Shown: positions 27,285 to 42,322 of the stretch, in pieces
Layout: each line of letters begins with the position of its first letter
Position numbering within the stretch: position 1 is the stretch's first letter
Assembly: GCF_006345805.1 (NCBI RefSeq)
Contig: NC_042997.1
Span: 145,080,001 to 145,144,000 of the forward strand
From: Octopus sinensis
Lineage: Eukaryota
Reading direction: 5' to 3'
Length of the DNA: 64,000 nt
Translations under genes and position numbers: made by a program
Notes under the pieces: model-generated
Databases searched by the model: none
Seen by the model: the letters and a program-made list of their open reading frames with translations, nothing else
What the model was told of the DNA's origin: nothing

Positions 27285-27559
27285 GATAACATTCATATGA
27301 AATTTGAAAAATAATTTTAAGCGTTAAGGCTTCATGGAGAAAATATATAGTCAATGAAACCATACATTGCGAGGGAAATCACATTAAATACACACGATTG
27401 AAACGAGTCGAAAGGAAAGGAAATCTATTTCTTATATTATCGATAATCCCTTGAAATATTCGATTTGTAAGCGAATTTGTTTTTCTAAGGTTGTTCTTGT
27501 TCGCCGTTCAAGGGGTGGCTCAGCCAAAGCAACTAATGATGAATCTTCGTCACCTGAGA

Positions 27560-28070
27560 GAAAATATGTCTATCAATCCATGCTCTTAAGTCAATGGCAG
27601 AAGCAACGGAGAAGGGTTCCAATTGGATCTGGTTCAGCAGGAATAGAAGTGAACCTCAAAAGGCGTAATTTAGCCCGCAGTCAGCAGGTGTTTTAGACTG
27701 AACTGGACACAACAACCAAGATACCTTGGATCTGGTACACTTTACATCATCCAGGAGGATTGCAATACAGACAGTAGCATAGAATGTATTTGCAAAGGGA
27801 TATACAGGAGTCATGACCTAGATGCGGCCCAGCATGCGTGCGTATCTGAGACCTCTATATGTCTGTGAGACATGGATCTGAAGCTGTAAACTTCATCACT
27901 AAGGTGCAAACATTCGGCGATATATATTTATATATTTATAAAAAAAACTCAGCAGTTACTCATACAATGCTTTCTGCTCCATGCCACCAATGTTTTCCAT
28001 AGAGAAAAACCCAACAGTCAATAGAACGATCAGTAGAACTACGCAGAGGTTTCCGTCAGACCGCAAACGT
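27560..28070 (+). mobile_element. Decayed RTE RT fragment; its 3' half has a diverged twin at 24865-25115
   Basis: 'LYVCETW....ITKVQTF' resembles LLYG.ETW; gtatctgagacctctatatgtctgtgagacatgga versus gtatcagagacttctgtatgttttgtgagacgtgga. Confidence 0.5.
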
Positions 28071-28328
28071 TTGCTTGATGGGAGCTTCTCTGATGAATAC
28101 CTGCTGTTCAACTCTCCCTAGAGTTTCATATTACCTGTCCTGTTATATTGATGGTCTTGAAGAGATACATTCCTTTCTGTACACAATACCAAAAAATCAT
28201 GGTTCTTGTATTGCATTTAATTGAGAATAACATTTATCTGATTAGTTGTGATTAAAGTAGCAGATCATTAGTCCGGGCTAAAAAGTCATCTTCACTTCGG
28301 AGCTCATTAACAAGCAATGGTCGGACTA

Positions 28329-30170
<1,842 letters not shown>

Positions 30171-31629
30171 GTATAAATGTGTATATATCATTGGCGTTGC
30201 TAGAAGGGCAGCGGACAAAGAAATGACCGCTGCTCTTGAGCACAGATTTATTTGTTTTAAAGTGGTGCCTTTTCAACGAGTTTTTCTTTAATTCTTTAGT
30301 TCACTTGTGTGATAGAAGTCGAATCTCATTATGTTATTTATTGCTTTTTTTATTGCGTGATCTTTGATGAACTTTCTGAACTCATTACTTTATTTGGCTA
30401 ACCTCATCAGTGCTTTGAACTGTCTGCTAAATCTCATGTGATGCGTTGGTAGTCATTGACATCCGGGGTACCTAAACAAACCGTGACGTCATAACCCCCT
30501 TCTGATTCTGGACGATCATCTTATGGAGTTTCATCTTTCTGATGTCACAAGCCACAACCCCAGTAATTGTAAGCTATGTACATCATAACACTCTTACTGA
30601 AACAGAAATTGATGAATATAGAATACAATTATGCATATGTAACGGTTCGTCTAGCAGAAAGAAAAAAAATTCGATTTTATTTTCTTGTATGTTTATCAAG
30701 TTGTTCGTTTTTCGCACTTTTTTGCGCTAGTTTATCCCATGTTTGTGAAAGGATGTCTGACATAAATGTCTAGATCACTGGCTAATCAGCAATTAGCAAT
30801 AATACAACTTCATGAGATTTCATTATCCTATATAAACCGCTCTTAAACTAATCCAATAAATAAGGATATTAGAAATAACTTTCTCAAGAGAAAAGGTCTG
30901 TTGCCAGGGCACATACTGTCGTTCTTGGCTACGAAAATGCATCCCTTAACTATTTTCTCGCTCTCTCTCTCTCTCTCTCTCTTCTCTCCCCCCCTCTCTC
31001 TCTCTCTCTCCTTCTCTTCCCTCCCTCTTTTTCTTTCATTCTCTCATTTTCTTTCACTCTCTCTTTCGCTCGTTTCAACTACACTCCAAGATAAACTTCA
31101 ACAGATTGTGCTTTCATGCAAGATTCTATAGAAATTCTGTATAAGTAATCGAAAGGTAAACAAGCAGTTCCTACATCGGTTAACTGAGAGATTGTTCAAA
31201 CAAAGAGTGAACGTTTACATTCCAGCATTAATGAACTTCGACATTCTACGTTTCGATAATAAAACAAACTTTCGCTGCTATTTTTTTGCATTCTCATCGT
31301 ATTTAAATATTTTCAGTTCTCTCCAAGGACTCTTCATATGTTCCTAACCTGTATAACAGTAATTTGACAGCTAGTACAAATGATTTTATTGCTTCAATAT
31401 GGAAGATATTTTCTTTTATTCAGAATTATTTTATCATGTTTTACACATACACCTTATATATATCTTCGTTCCTCTTACTTGTCAATATTAAATTATCGTT
31501 GCTGATAGAACTTCATTGTCCGGTTTAGTCTATTTTCTCGAAATCTCACAAATATAGACATGCATTACTTTATATATTTCTCTATATCTTCTTCACATAT
31601 TTATAGATGATTATATACAAATATGTATG

Positions 31630-32060
31630 CATGGCTCAGTGGTTAGAATGCCGGGCTCACAATTGAGATAATGAGTTCGATTCCCGGACCGGGTTGTGTG
31701 TTATGTTCTTGAGCAAGACACTTTATTTCACGTTGTTCCAGTTCACTCAGTTGTCGAAATGGGTTGCGACGAGTTCGATTCTCGGACCGGGCTGTGTGTT
31801 ATGTTTTTGAGCAAGACACTTTATTTTACGTTGCTCCAGTTCACTCAGCTGTAGAAATGAATTGCGACATCACTGGTGCCAAGCTGTATCGGTCTTTGCC
31901 TTTCCCTTGGATAAAATCGGTGGCGTGGAGAGGGGAAGCTGGTATGCACGGTAGACTACTGGTCTTCCATAGACAACCTTGCTCGGACTTGTTCCTCGGA
32001 GGGTAACTTTCTAGGTGCAGCCCCATGGTCATTCATGACCGATGGGATTCTTTACCCTTT
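31630..32060 (+). mobile_element. SINE family D head with a third tail type and ~97-bp head duplication
   Basis: tggctcagtggttag...gagttcgattcccggacc; the B-box/CORE segment occurs twice (31673, 31771); tail ggtcattcatgaccga shared with 51900-52230. Confidence 0.8.
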
Positions 32061-32739
32061 TTTATTATTTATCTATCTATCTATCTATCTATTTATCTAT
32101 ATTTCTTTCTTTCTTCTTTCATACAACTTAGATATAGAATTTGGTAACCTACTGATATCTACTCGACATTATAACTAATTAAATATTTCGCATACATTTG
32201 AGCAATTCATTTATTGTAATGGGAGCTTATTGTTAAACCAAGGATCATTGCTTCAAATGTAATTATTGTAGTATATTCTCATCACATGGTAATATTATCA
32301 TAGTTCCTTTATTTTTTATTTTTCCTGAGAAGAATCTAAATTAGAAAGAAGATGAAAAAAGTTGCAGATCGAAAAAAAAGAATCGTTAAAATGTCAAGTA
32401 TTGGAAGCCTGCTTTTCATTCAACAAGAGCACGGCGTCTGCTGTGCCAGAGATGGAACTCTCCGAAGACATTCTACTAACCTAAAGTCTATGAGATAGAC
32501 AGACCGTTACTGTTAAGGGTGGAACTCACGTTAGACTTACTAGACCTACTTTCAGCCTAGAAGCTGGTACCATCACCCTGCGTGCAGAGGATGCACGTAG
32601 TGGAAAGAGAGACCCCCAGAATAACGTGATCCCTTCAGTAGACTACTACCCAGGAGACGAATATGACAAAGTGAAACTTTGTGCGATTATTAACACGTAC
32701 ATGGAATATGCGGCAGGCTCATGCATGTTTTATGAAAAA

Positions 32740-33193
32740 CCGTAGTAACAGATCTCGCAATGTTTTTCTTGAGTCAGACCTTTATCAGCCGGGTCTTAAT
32801 TTTTTCAAGTTTTCCGAAAGACGAAGCTGGATGTCATTTCAAGTAACAATGGGTAAGCACTGGTCGATTCACTCATAAATGACAAATTCTATGCTTTGTT
32901 CTACATGTTGGGACAGGTATTTGTAGTGATCCAAAAACTTGTTACAAGACTTTTGCTTAAGGTACACAAAGTAGAAAATAACATGAAAAATCGATTAGTT
33001 AACTGGTTAAATGTAAATTAATTGACTATCAATAATAAAAGAGGTGAAATAGAACCAATGCGTGTGTTTATTATTGACCAAATGACCCCCCCCCCCAAGA
33101 TACAGTAAAATCTGTTTCAACACACAGGTTTAATTCAAGAATTTTGCAACCAAATACAAAAGCAAAATAGGAAAAATGTAAAGCTCGCAAAAT

Positions 33194-33226
<33 letters not shown>

Positions 33227-35200
33227 GCTGTTCAACGACGGAAATCTTTGAGCTGGCATTGCAAATGTGGAAAGAAAAAATAGAAGAAAGCAGAGTGATT
33301 CTAACCTGTATTAAGGATGTGGTTCTCTCTTTGAGAAAACAGAGATTGGCATTTCATGATCATCAAGAACAAAAGAGGGTAAACATTTTAGAGCCTATTA
33401 AAATGTTTGCTAAAAATGATATAATAACTAATGTGCAATAAAAACTTTAAGAAACAGTTGTCAGCATTTATTGTTTTCCAGGGCCTTATGAAACTGTCTT
33501 GAAAATGGTTTTGAGTTAAAATAGTGTATTTTTTGTAAAAGTGAAACTGTCTTATTTGGGAAATGAAATGCTTAAAGATATGCCATAATATACATCTGGA
33601 AGATCCTGAAAGGACTTGTCCCAAACTTTGACATCGACAGTTACACAAATACTAGAACTTGGTGCCACTGCATAGTGCCATGTACTCCAAATTTTCCATC
33701 AAGATGTAGGACAAGATACTGCAATAGCTCGGGCTTCAGAGGTCCACAGCTCTTCAATATCCTCCCGAAGGACCTGAGAGACCTGCATGGGGTGGATGTA
33801 GGTGTCTTCAAAATAAAGCTGGGCCTCTTCCTGTCAGGTGTCCCAGATGAACCAACTTCACGGCAGGAGGTGCTGATGAGGGCAGCTACATCAAACTCTC
33901 TCATGCACCAAATGTCAATTGCTAAAAAGCATTCGTGAAGTAAAATCATGTAGCAACACCAAACGGCGGTGCCCCAGCATGGCCACAGCTCGTGAGCTGA
34001 AACTAGATGAAATGAAAAATGAAGAGTGAATGTCTTCGTAGAATAAAAATATAATGAATCTTGTAGAGGAGAGTGATGGGTAGATACTATAAAGAATCAA
34101 TGTGTCAATTAAGGTGAGTAAAGCATGGACTTTTAACCTTCCAAGTGTAAAATTTTAATAGAAAAGAGTTTGGGTAATTAACAGCAAATATACGAGACGC
34201 GTTCACTGTTGTACAAACTTATGACCTTCTTCATAACATCTACTGTGTCTTTGTTATGTGTCATGCATTGCGCAAATGATATTTATTGAGGTGTATGAAA
34301 AGAATGGTCGAAAGAAATTGTCATTGCGAACTGACTCATTTTTCCAAGTCAAACTATTTCATGTGCAAATCATCGTTCTCGTATATTCCTAGAGGTATGA
34401 GATAGCAAACATAAAAGAACTAACAGTAAATTGATACTAGGAGTTATAGCGAACTGAAAGACTACTGTAATTATATATATGCAGAGCATTGGATTCAAAG
34501 TCCAATCTAAATTATAGGTGTTGGTATTGAAATTCATGAAAGTACGTTTGTCATACGTAACACAAGAACAGCGGGGATTATTTTATGAAGATACAGTGTG
34601 TCTTTGGAGTTAGTTCTCAAAGGTGTTTTCTGACTGTGGTAGACAACAAGAATAAGCGATTTCTTACGTCCATACAACGCCATTAATCAAATAAGTTCTC
34701 AGCCTTTGACGTTTAATGATTCACTGAATTCTATTAATCCAGTTTCGTATGCAGCTACAAATGATGATGAATCGTTGTAAAATTCTGCTAAAACAGGAAA
34801 TAAATAAGACATTGGTACTCATCGCACACAAGTAGATTCTTATTTAATCGACTTTATTTGGCGTTGTCTTTCCTAATGATGGATTTCAACTGTTATTTGA
34901 AGATATTGCATTTATTTATCGTTGATAATAAATAATAATGGAAATCGTTTTATCGGCGGAACTCGAAGTGGATAAAACTATATATGATAGCAGTAGAATA
35001 TTGGCTTTTTAAAAAAATCCTTGGATAGGAAAAAGGTTGATCACTGCCTATCTCTCGAAGTTTCCAAAACAAATGAGTTAAAAATTAAAAGATTATAATG
35101 TAAATAAATAATGATGGATTTGAACAATTATTGAAAATGGAATAAAGAAAAAAAACAAATGAAATGTTCACTTTACGCCCAGAAAATTGCTTTTACTTTT
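32740..35200 (+). pseudogene. Highly decayed hAT transposase (ZMYM1/DUF4371-like), interrupted by a LINE fragment
   Basis: In order: 'FPKD', 'W..HS....MLCSTCW' (TTF-type zinc finger-like), 'IKDVVLSLRKQRLAFHDHQE..NILEPIKMFAKND' (cf. L.RQGLAFRGH.E..NFLEL..LAK.D), 'YVSCIA', 'KYVCHT', 'LPISRSF'. Confidence 0.55.
33645..34020 (+). mobile_element. CR1/L2-type LINE 3' end
   Basis: 'NS..FRGPQLFNILPKDLR......VFKIKL..FLSGVPDEP......A.SNSL', then 3' UTR ggcggtgccccagcatggcc..ctgaaac and an A-rich tail. Confidence 0.8.
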
Positions 35201-35704
35201 TGACTTGCAAAACACAATATTCCTCAGAGTAATTACTTTCACTTTTATGAGGTCCTGGGGAAAACAGAAGCGACTAGATTTCAACTTTAAAAAATTAAAC
35301 CAAATACCAAATTGACAACAAAAAACGTATTAGTTCTATAGTTTATACGAGGAGTGCCCTTCACGTCGAAGTAATTTTGAAGTAAAATGGAAAATGTAAA
35401 GTAAATGATGAAGTGAAGTGTACTTAGTTTCTTTTCATAAACTTCTCTCGCGGATTCAACGCAAATTATAACAGAAGAAAAAAATAATAATAATTAGAAA
35501 TTACTAATTTTTCAGATAATTTACAAATTTAATAATTAGTAAAAATTCATTATTTTCAAATTATAAAGTCATTAGAATTTATGATTTAAGATTTCAATGT
35601 GTGAAACCTGTTTCCAAGCTGATCACATATGACGAAAATTTAATTTTTCGTTTCATCGTTTCAGTTTCACTTTTTGTGTTTTCATTTTTACCGATTTACA
35701 TCGT

Positions 35705-35960
35705 CACGGCAGGGATTGCCATGACTTTGGTCTGTCATGGTCCCTTGGGTTCATAAAGCTGGAGTTCAACCCGGTTTCCATGGTATATAAGCGATTGAGA
35801 TTACAGCACACACACCCCAATACGCACTTCTGAACGGGACACCGGTCAGTTGTACGGTTAACTTCCTTACTATTGCTGGAACTCATTTACTGCTGAATGG
35901 ATTGGAGCCACGTGAAATGAAGTGGTTTTCTCATAAACGCAACACACTGCGTTCCCCCGG
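35705..35960 (-). mobile_element. SINE family D, diverged
   Basis: gaacgggacaccggtc...cgtgaaatgaagtggttttctc. Confidence 0.6.
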
Positions 35961-36203
35961 CATCCTTGTTGCTTATTTTGATTTTAATCACCTTACTTTG
36001 AAACTGAGGCCTAAACTTAAGTACCATATTCATCTGAATCTAAATTTTTGTTGAACTCATCTACCATACCCAAAGTATATATATATTCGATTAGAGGTAA
36101 TGTTAACCTCATGAAGGGATAGTTTCATCCAAGGAAATATTGTTTCAATACCTAGTATATTAGAGAAATTAATCTCCTTAAAATAATAGGTATAAAAAAG
36201 CTT

Positions 36204-36456
36204 GGAGGCGCAATGGCCCAGTGGTTAGGGTAGCGGACTCGCGGTCGGAGGATCGCGGTTTCGATTCCCAGACCGGGCATTGTGTGTGTTTATCGAGCGA
36301 AAACACCTAAAGCTCCATGAGGCTCTCTCTTCCTGCTTCTTGAGTAACCCTGCGATGGACCGGCGTCCCGTCCAGCTGGGGTGGAGGGAACACATACACC
36401 ACAGAAACCGGGAAACCAGGGCCCATGAGCCTGGCTAGGCTTGAAAAGGGAGCATA
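36204..36456 (+). mobile_element. SINE family C head fused to the V-like tail of family D
   Basis: Head as at 13696; tail accctgcgatggaccggcgtcccgtccagctggg...gcccatgagcctggctaggctt matches 53206-53320. Confidence 0.85.
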
Positions 36457-36497
36457 AAGAATTTTTTTTTAAATATAAAAGTATATAGTTTATATTC

Positions 36498-37580
36498 ATA
36501 AAAGAAGAAAAAGAAAATGGAGATTGGGAAATTAATAATTGTTTATCATTAACAGCAAATTAATCATCATTAAACAGCTGTTTCAATTAATATTCAGTAA
36601 ATATTAAGTAAATATCAAATTTATATGACCTGAGCATAATATCTTCAAAGAGGAAAAAGATATACCCTTGAATGTTTTATGTGGTTATGGATTCGGTCCT
36701 ATAAATTTAATATTTACTTAATATTTAAGGGATGGTGATTAATTTGCAGTTAATAATATATAAACTTAGATAAACTTAGATATGTTTCGACCAGAGATTG
36801 ATCCAGGCCATGTCTAACTTAATAGCACCACCTGATAGGATTATTCGAATCCTGTTTAAGTCAAGTTTTGTTCAAGTAGTGAGTTCTTGTTGGGTGAGTG
36901 GTATCCAGTTTTGTTCAAGTAGTTGAGTTCTTGTTGGGTGAGTTGTATCCAATTATGTGGCTTATTATCTGGTATTCTTGAAGGAATCTATCCAGACTCT
37001 CTGTTTGAAGTTGATGGGATCCTTTTCCTCTTTGATCTCCCTCGGGACAATGTTAAATAGGGCAGGGCCTGTTGAGGAAAAGAAATTATGTTGCAGTGTA
37101 CATGTATGTTGTGATCTTGAATTTGGCAGGGGACGTATATATATAGGAGCACTCCGTCGGTTGCGACGATGAGGGTCCCAGCTGATACGGTCAACGGAAC
37201 AGCTTGCTCGTGATATTAACATGCAAGTGGCTGAGCACTCCACAGACACGTGTACCCTTAACGTAGTTCTCGAGGAGATTCAGCGTGACACACAGAATGT
37301 GACAAGGCTGGCCCTTTGAAATACAGGTACAAGAGAAACAGGGAAGAAAGAGCGAGAGAAGTTTGTGGTAAAAGAACAGCAGGTTCACCACCAACCCCTG
37401 CCGGAGCCTCGTGGAGCTTAGGTGTTTTCGCTCAATAAACACTCACAATGCCGGTCTGGGAATCGAAACCGCGATCCTCCGACCGCGAGTTCGCTGCCCT
37501 AACCACTGGGCCATTGCGCCTCCGCAGTTAATAATAAACAATTATTAACTTCCCAATCTGCATTTTCTTTTTCTTTTTAT
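36498..37580. mobile_element. AT-rich foldback element (~75-bp arms) hosting a SINE-LINE chimera
   Basis: 36498-36572 is the inverted complement of 36730-36758 plus 37537-37580. Confidence 0.7.
36759..37523 (-). mobile_element. Chimeric retrocopy: SINE C (37523-37147) fused to a CR1/L2-type LINE 3' end (37146-36759), 13-bp TSD
   Basis: TSD gcagttaataata at 36746-36758 and 37524-37536; LINE peptide 'NFFSSTGPALFNIVPREIK....INFKQ'; tail (tctaagttta)2. Confidence 0.8.
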
Positions 37581-37619
37581 ATATGTGTATGTGTGTGTGT
37601 GTGTACATATACATATGCA

Positions 37620-37825
37620 TTAATCCAGACACGATCTTTTTCTCACCGTCTTTTTCCCTTTCTCCATCTGTTTTCTCTCCTCATTCCTTTCTATAGAAGA
37701 GGGTGGGCTTGAAATATCAAAGACTTTTTCATTATTCCTGAACGTCGAATACACCTTGTTTGTTGTTCTCTCACCATCTCTGTCTTTTGTTGGAGTTTTT
37801 TCTGTACAATTTTTTTAACCACGTG
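37620..37825 (+). mobile_element. Short PLE-type element with a degenerate hammerhead at 37687-37722
   Basis: cttt CTATAGA a gag-ggtggg-ctt GAAA tatc aaag; layout like 990-1195 and 43646-43850. Confidence 0.45.
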
Positions 37826-37863
37826 TGTGTGTGTGTGGTGTGTGTGTGTGTGTGTGTGTGCGT

Positions 37864-37911
<48 letters not shown>

Positions 37912-38364
37912 TACACAGTTGAAAATCTTTCATTTAAAATCCCAGTATCCGAAAACCTAAAAGAATTCCGAAAGTTTTTTTTTCTTTTTAACGCCACAAA
38001 TGGAGAAATCCTTTAAGTGCTCGGAAGATTCCACCAAACACAGTTGTCGTGTGCCGTTATGATATGTGATATGTGGCCTCACCTACCCCGGCTGGGGCTT
38101 CACCAGCTTATGTGAGTTGGCTGCTTAGCAACAGCTTGTTGTCAGCGCTCGTCACAGTAACACTTTCAATCGCTACTCATTGTAATTGCCGCCTGCTTCG
38201 TATTCTTGTTGAAATTGTCGAAAAGATGATATCGAAGAAGTTTTTAACATCGATAATGTTTAGTCAATGCTCAATAGTGAAATACTTGAAATGATTTTGA
38301 ATCAAGGTGATCCTGGTGATAATTGTGACGATAGAGATGACACTGTGATTTCAGTAGAACATTA

Positions 38365-38675
38365 GCACTCCGTCGGTTACGACGACAGGGGCTCCAGCTG
38401 ATCTGATCAACGGAACAGCTTTTTCTTGAAATTAACATGCCTTCCACAGACATGCGTAACCTTAACGCAGCTCCCAGGGAGATTCAGTGTGATACAGAAT
38501 GTGTCAAGGCCGGCCTTTTGAATTACAGGTAGAACTCATTTTTGCTAGCTTGGTGAACTGGAAGAATGTGAAAGAAAATGCCTTGTTCAAGGATGCACCG
38601 TACCGCTTGGAATCGAACTCACGGCCTTAGGGTCGTAAGCAGAATACTCCCACAACTAAGCCACGCGCTTTCACG
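38365..38675 (-). mobile_element. SINE family D head with the RTE-like tail of family C
   Basis: Tail agcactccgtcggttacgacgac matches 37148; head actaagccacgcgc matches 53450. Confidence 0.75.
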
Positions 38676-38913
38676 CACGGTAGAAAAGATGTCCAAAGGT
38701 TATATGGCGAAAATATGTGCTGAACTTATTGAAATATTAAAGCAGCGGGAACTAATAACAGAAGAAACTTTGTCAGAATATAAAATCAATGGAGAGACCA
38801 CTACGACGAAAACTTTTGTTAATGAGGCAGACGACACTGCAATGATACTAGCGTTCTTGTTACGTTGCAAAATTAATGCTGACATTTTCTTTCATAACAT
38901 AAGTTTACTATTT

Positions 38914-39064
<151 letters not shown>

Positions 39065-39547
39065 TTTTGCACAGTAAACACAAAATGCTATTTTTACATG
39101 AGATCTCAATTTCACTTCCATGTAAACATGACTAGCATGATTACTGTGTACGTTACTTTAAAAATAAAATGCTGACATTTTTTTGAGTCTTCATTTCATT
39201 TACCTGTAATCATGTTCGATGCTTTGCTTTTTATACCTTACATAAAACTTAATATTTGCACAGTAAAAAATAAAATTGAAATAGTATACGTGTACTGTAA
39301 CCTTTTAATCAAAACATGACATCATGGGTGGCGACTGATATCTTACCTTCCTGGTGGTACTATGTATAAAGATTATTTAAAATTTACATTAACTATATTC
39401 AGGGTATATGTATAAGCTATAGTATGAAATATAAATGGATATTAAGTTTAGACATGGGCACCATACCGATCCGGAAAAAATTGAAATTCACCACACATTT
39501 GGTTCATGAAGTTCGGATGAGGATTTCACAACTGTGTGTGTGTGTGG

Positions 39548-39613
<66 letters not shown>

Positions 39614-39616
39614 CCC

Positions 39617-40151
39617 ACGCAGTTAGCTGAGTGGTAAGAAACTTGCTTCCCAACCACATGGTTCTGAGTTCAATCCCACTGCGTGACACCTTGGGCAGGT
39701 GTCTTCTATAACTTCGGGCCGAGCAAAATCTTGTGAATGGATTTTTAGTAGACGGAAACTGAACGAAGCTCATCGTATGTGTGTGTGTGTGTGTATACAT
39801 CTATGAGTGTGTGTCTTTGCGTCTGTGTTTGTCCCCTACTACCGTTTAACAAACGGTGTTGGTGTGTTTACGTACCGTAACTCAGTAGTTCGGCAAAGAA
39901 ACTGATAGAATAAGAACTAAAGTTTAAAAAATAAGTGCTGAGATTGATTTGTACGAACTAAAACCCTTCAAGACCGTATCCCAGCATGGCCGCAGTCAAA
40001 TGACTGAAACAAATAAGATTGCTTACCAACCACATGGTTCCGGGTTCAGTCCCACTGCGTGGCACCTTGGGCAAGTGTCTTCTACTATAGCCTCGGGCCG
40101 ACCAATGCCTTGTGAGTGGATTTGGTAGACGGAAACTGAAAGAAGCCTGTC

Positions 40152-40225
<74 letters not shown>

Positions 40226-40227
40226 TG

Positions 40228-40260
<33 letters not shown>

Positions 40261-40472
40261 TTTGTGTTTCTGTGTTTGTCCCCTTAGCATTGTTTGACAA
40301 CCGATGCTGGTGTGTTTACGTCCCCGTCACTTAGCGGTTCAGCAAAAGATGCCGATAGAATAAGTACTGGGCTTACAAAGAATAAGTCCCGGGGTCGATT
40401 TTCTCGACTAAAGGCGGTGCTCCAGCATGGCCGCAGTCAAATTACTGAAACAAGTAAAAGAGTAAAAGAAAG
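39617..40472 (+). mobile_element. Two head-to-tail family A SINEs (39617-40015, 40019-40472)
   Basis: Two bodies, each ending cagcatggccgcagtcaaa..actgaaacaa. Confidence 0.9.
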
Positions 40473-40487
40473 ATATATATATATATG

Positions 40488-41830
40488 TAATTTAGATTCA
40501 GATGAATATGGTACTTAAGTTGAGGCACCAGAATTTAGTATGGTATTATCCATACAATTTCAAAATAAGGTGATTAAAATCAAAATAAGCAACAAGGATA
40601 TCGAACTATAAGTAATATTTTTTATTTAAGAAATATTATTGTATTCTATATAACTATTGATTGTTAAATTTGAATTTATAATTTTTTTATTTGTTAATGA
40701 TAATTTAGATATATATACATTTATTTAATTATTATTAGTATATAATTATTATATCTAAACGTAAATTTTAAGATATTAGTTAGTCACTTTGCGATATAGA
40801 TCGTAAAAATGTTTTTAATAATAGTGATGTTAATAGTGATGATAATAGTAATAATAAGTATTTTATAAAGATAGGTTATACGTTTTTAATTTGAATTTTT
40901 CATTTCTTAAATTGTATTTCATAAATATTTTCTATAGATATCTATAATATTTATGTAATTAATAATGTACTAATTTATTTTTGGTTGTATGTTTATTCGG
41001 TTATTGATAGAAAAAATTTTAGATTTTTCATTACTATATTTGTTGATTATAATTTAGATACTTATTTTTATGTATTTATTATTTTATGATTATTATATGC
41101 GAACTAAAATTTAAAGATATTAATAGTGATTATTTTGTTAAATAATTTGGTAATTAGATATTGGAGGACAATTGAGTTAAAGATATTCGATAGTTTATTA
41201 TAATGTTTTTTTAAGCTAAATTATATCTTTACAGATAAATACATATTTCTATCTATTTACTCTTTTTTTTACCTTAATATTAAATATTTAACATGATAAA
41301 TATGTCGTAGGAAATAATCCTAATGTTTTAAGTTTCAAATTTAGTTAATGGAGTTTTTTCTATAAGAAAAATTATTATTTTAGTTATTCTTTAACTAAAT
41401 ATTGTTTAACACTATTTGCTTATTTATTTAACTATTATTATTAACCTGAAGATTGACTATAATTTTAAATTGAATTCATTTCAGTTAAATTTAAATTTAA
41501 TTGTAATTCGAATTTAATTGTAGCCATGAAACGTACTTAGTTTTTTTTTACTTATTATATATTGATTATTCATTTTTATCCTTTTTGAGATCTAGTTATG
41601 TTTTATAAAAATATTTATTATTTATTATTTATGTTTTGGTTTATGTCTATCACTGTTGCATAATAGTGGTTTTATCCCTAATTTATATCTTATGTATATT
41701 AATGTGTGTTATTATGTCAGGGTATATAATAAAAACAATTTTACATTAAGCTGAAGGATTACTCAATACGTTTGATAGAGTACAAATTATTGTTTTATTA
41801 ACAAGAATAATATTCTTGTTAAAGGATAAC
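40488..41830. mobile_element. Extremely AT-rich decayed element, probably Penelope-like
   Basis: 40488-40600 is homologous (inverted) to 35960-36045; minus-strand 'IYIAK*LT..LKFTFRYN' recalls YIG.T..FK.R; HHR-like motif at 41443-41542. Confidence 0.4.
41443..41542 (+). ncRNA. Degenerate type-I hammerhead motif with long stem II
   Basis: aac CTGAAGA t tgactataatt...aattgtagcca t GAAAC gtac TTA gtt. Confidence 0.5.
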
Positions 41831-41831
41831 A

Positions 41832-41959
41832 AGTGGCTGTGTGGTAAGTAGCTTGCTTACCGACCACATGGTTCCGGGTTCAGTGTCTTCTGCTATAGTC
41901 TCGGGCCAACCAAAACCTTGTGAGTGGATTTGGTAGACGGAAACTGAAAGAAACCCATC

Positions 41960-42023
<64 letters not shown>

Positions 42024-42322
42024 GTATATACGTATATATATTATATATATATACATATATATATATGTATGCATGTATGTATGTATGTATGCATGTATGT
42101 AATGTATGTATGTGTGTGTGTTTCTGTGTCAGTGTTTGTTCTAACCATCGCTTGACAACTGATGCTGGTGTGCTTACGTCCCCGTAACTTAGCGGTTCGA
42201 CAGAAAGGACCAATAGAATAAGTACTAGGCTTACAAAGAATAAGTCTTAAGGTCGATTTGGTCGACTAAAAGGCGGTGCTCCAGCATACCGCAGTCAAAT
42301 GACTGAAACAAATAAAAGAATA
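41832..42322 (+). mobile_element. SINE family A (small internal deletion)
   Basis: agtggctgtgtggtaagtagcttgcttac... to gactgaaacaaataaaag. Confidence 0.9.

Noticed and set aside
36775-36815. 3' half of a hammerhead (GAAAC atat) on the minus strand
   Set aside because: Better explained as the LINE 3' tail stem-loop.
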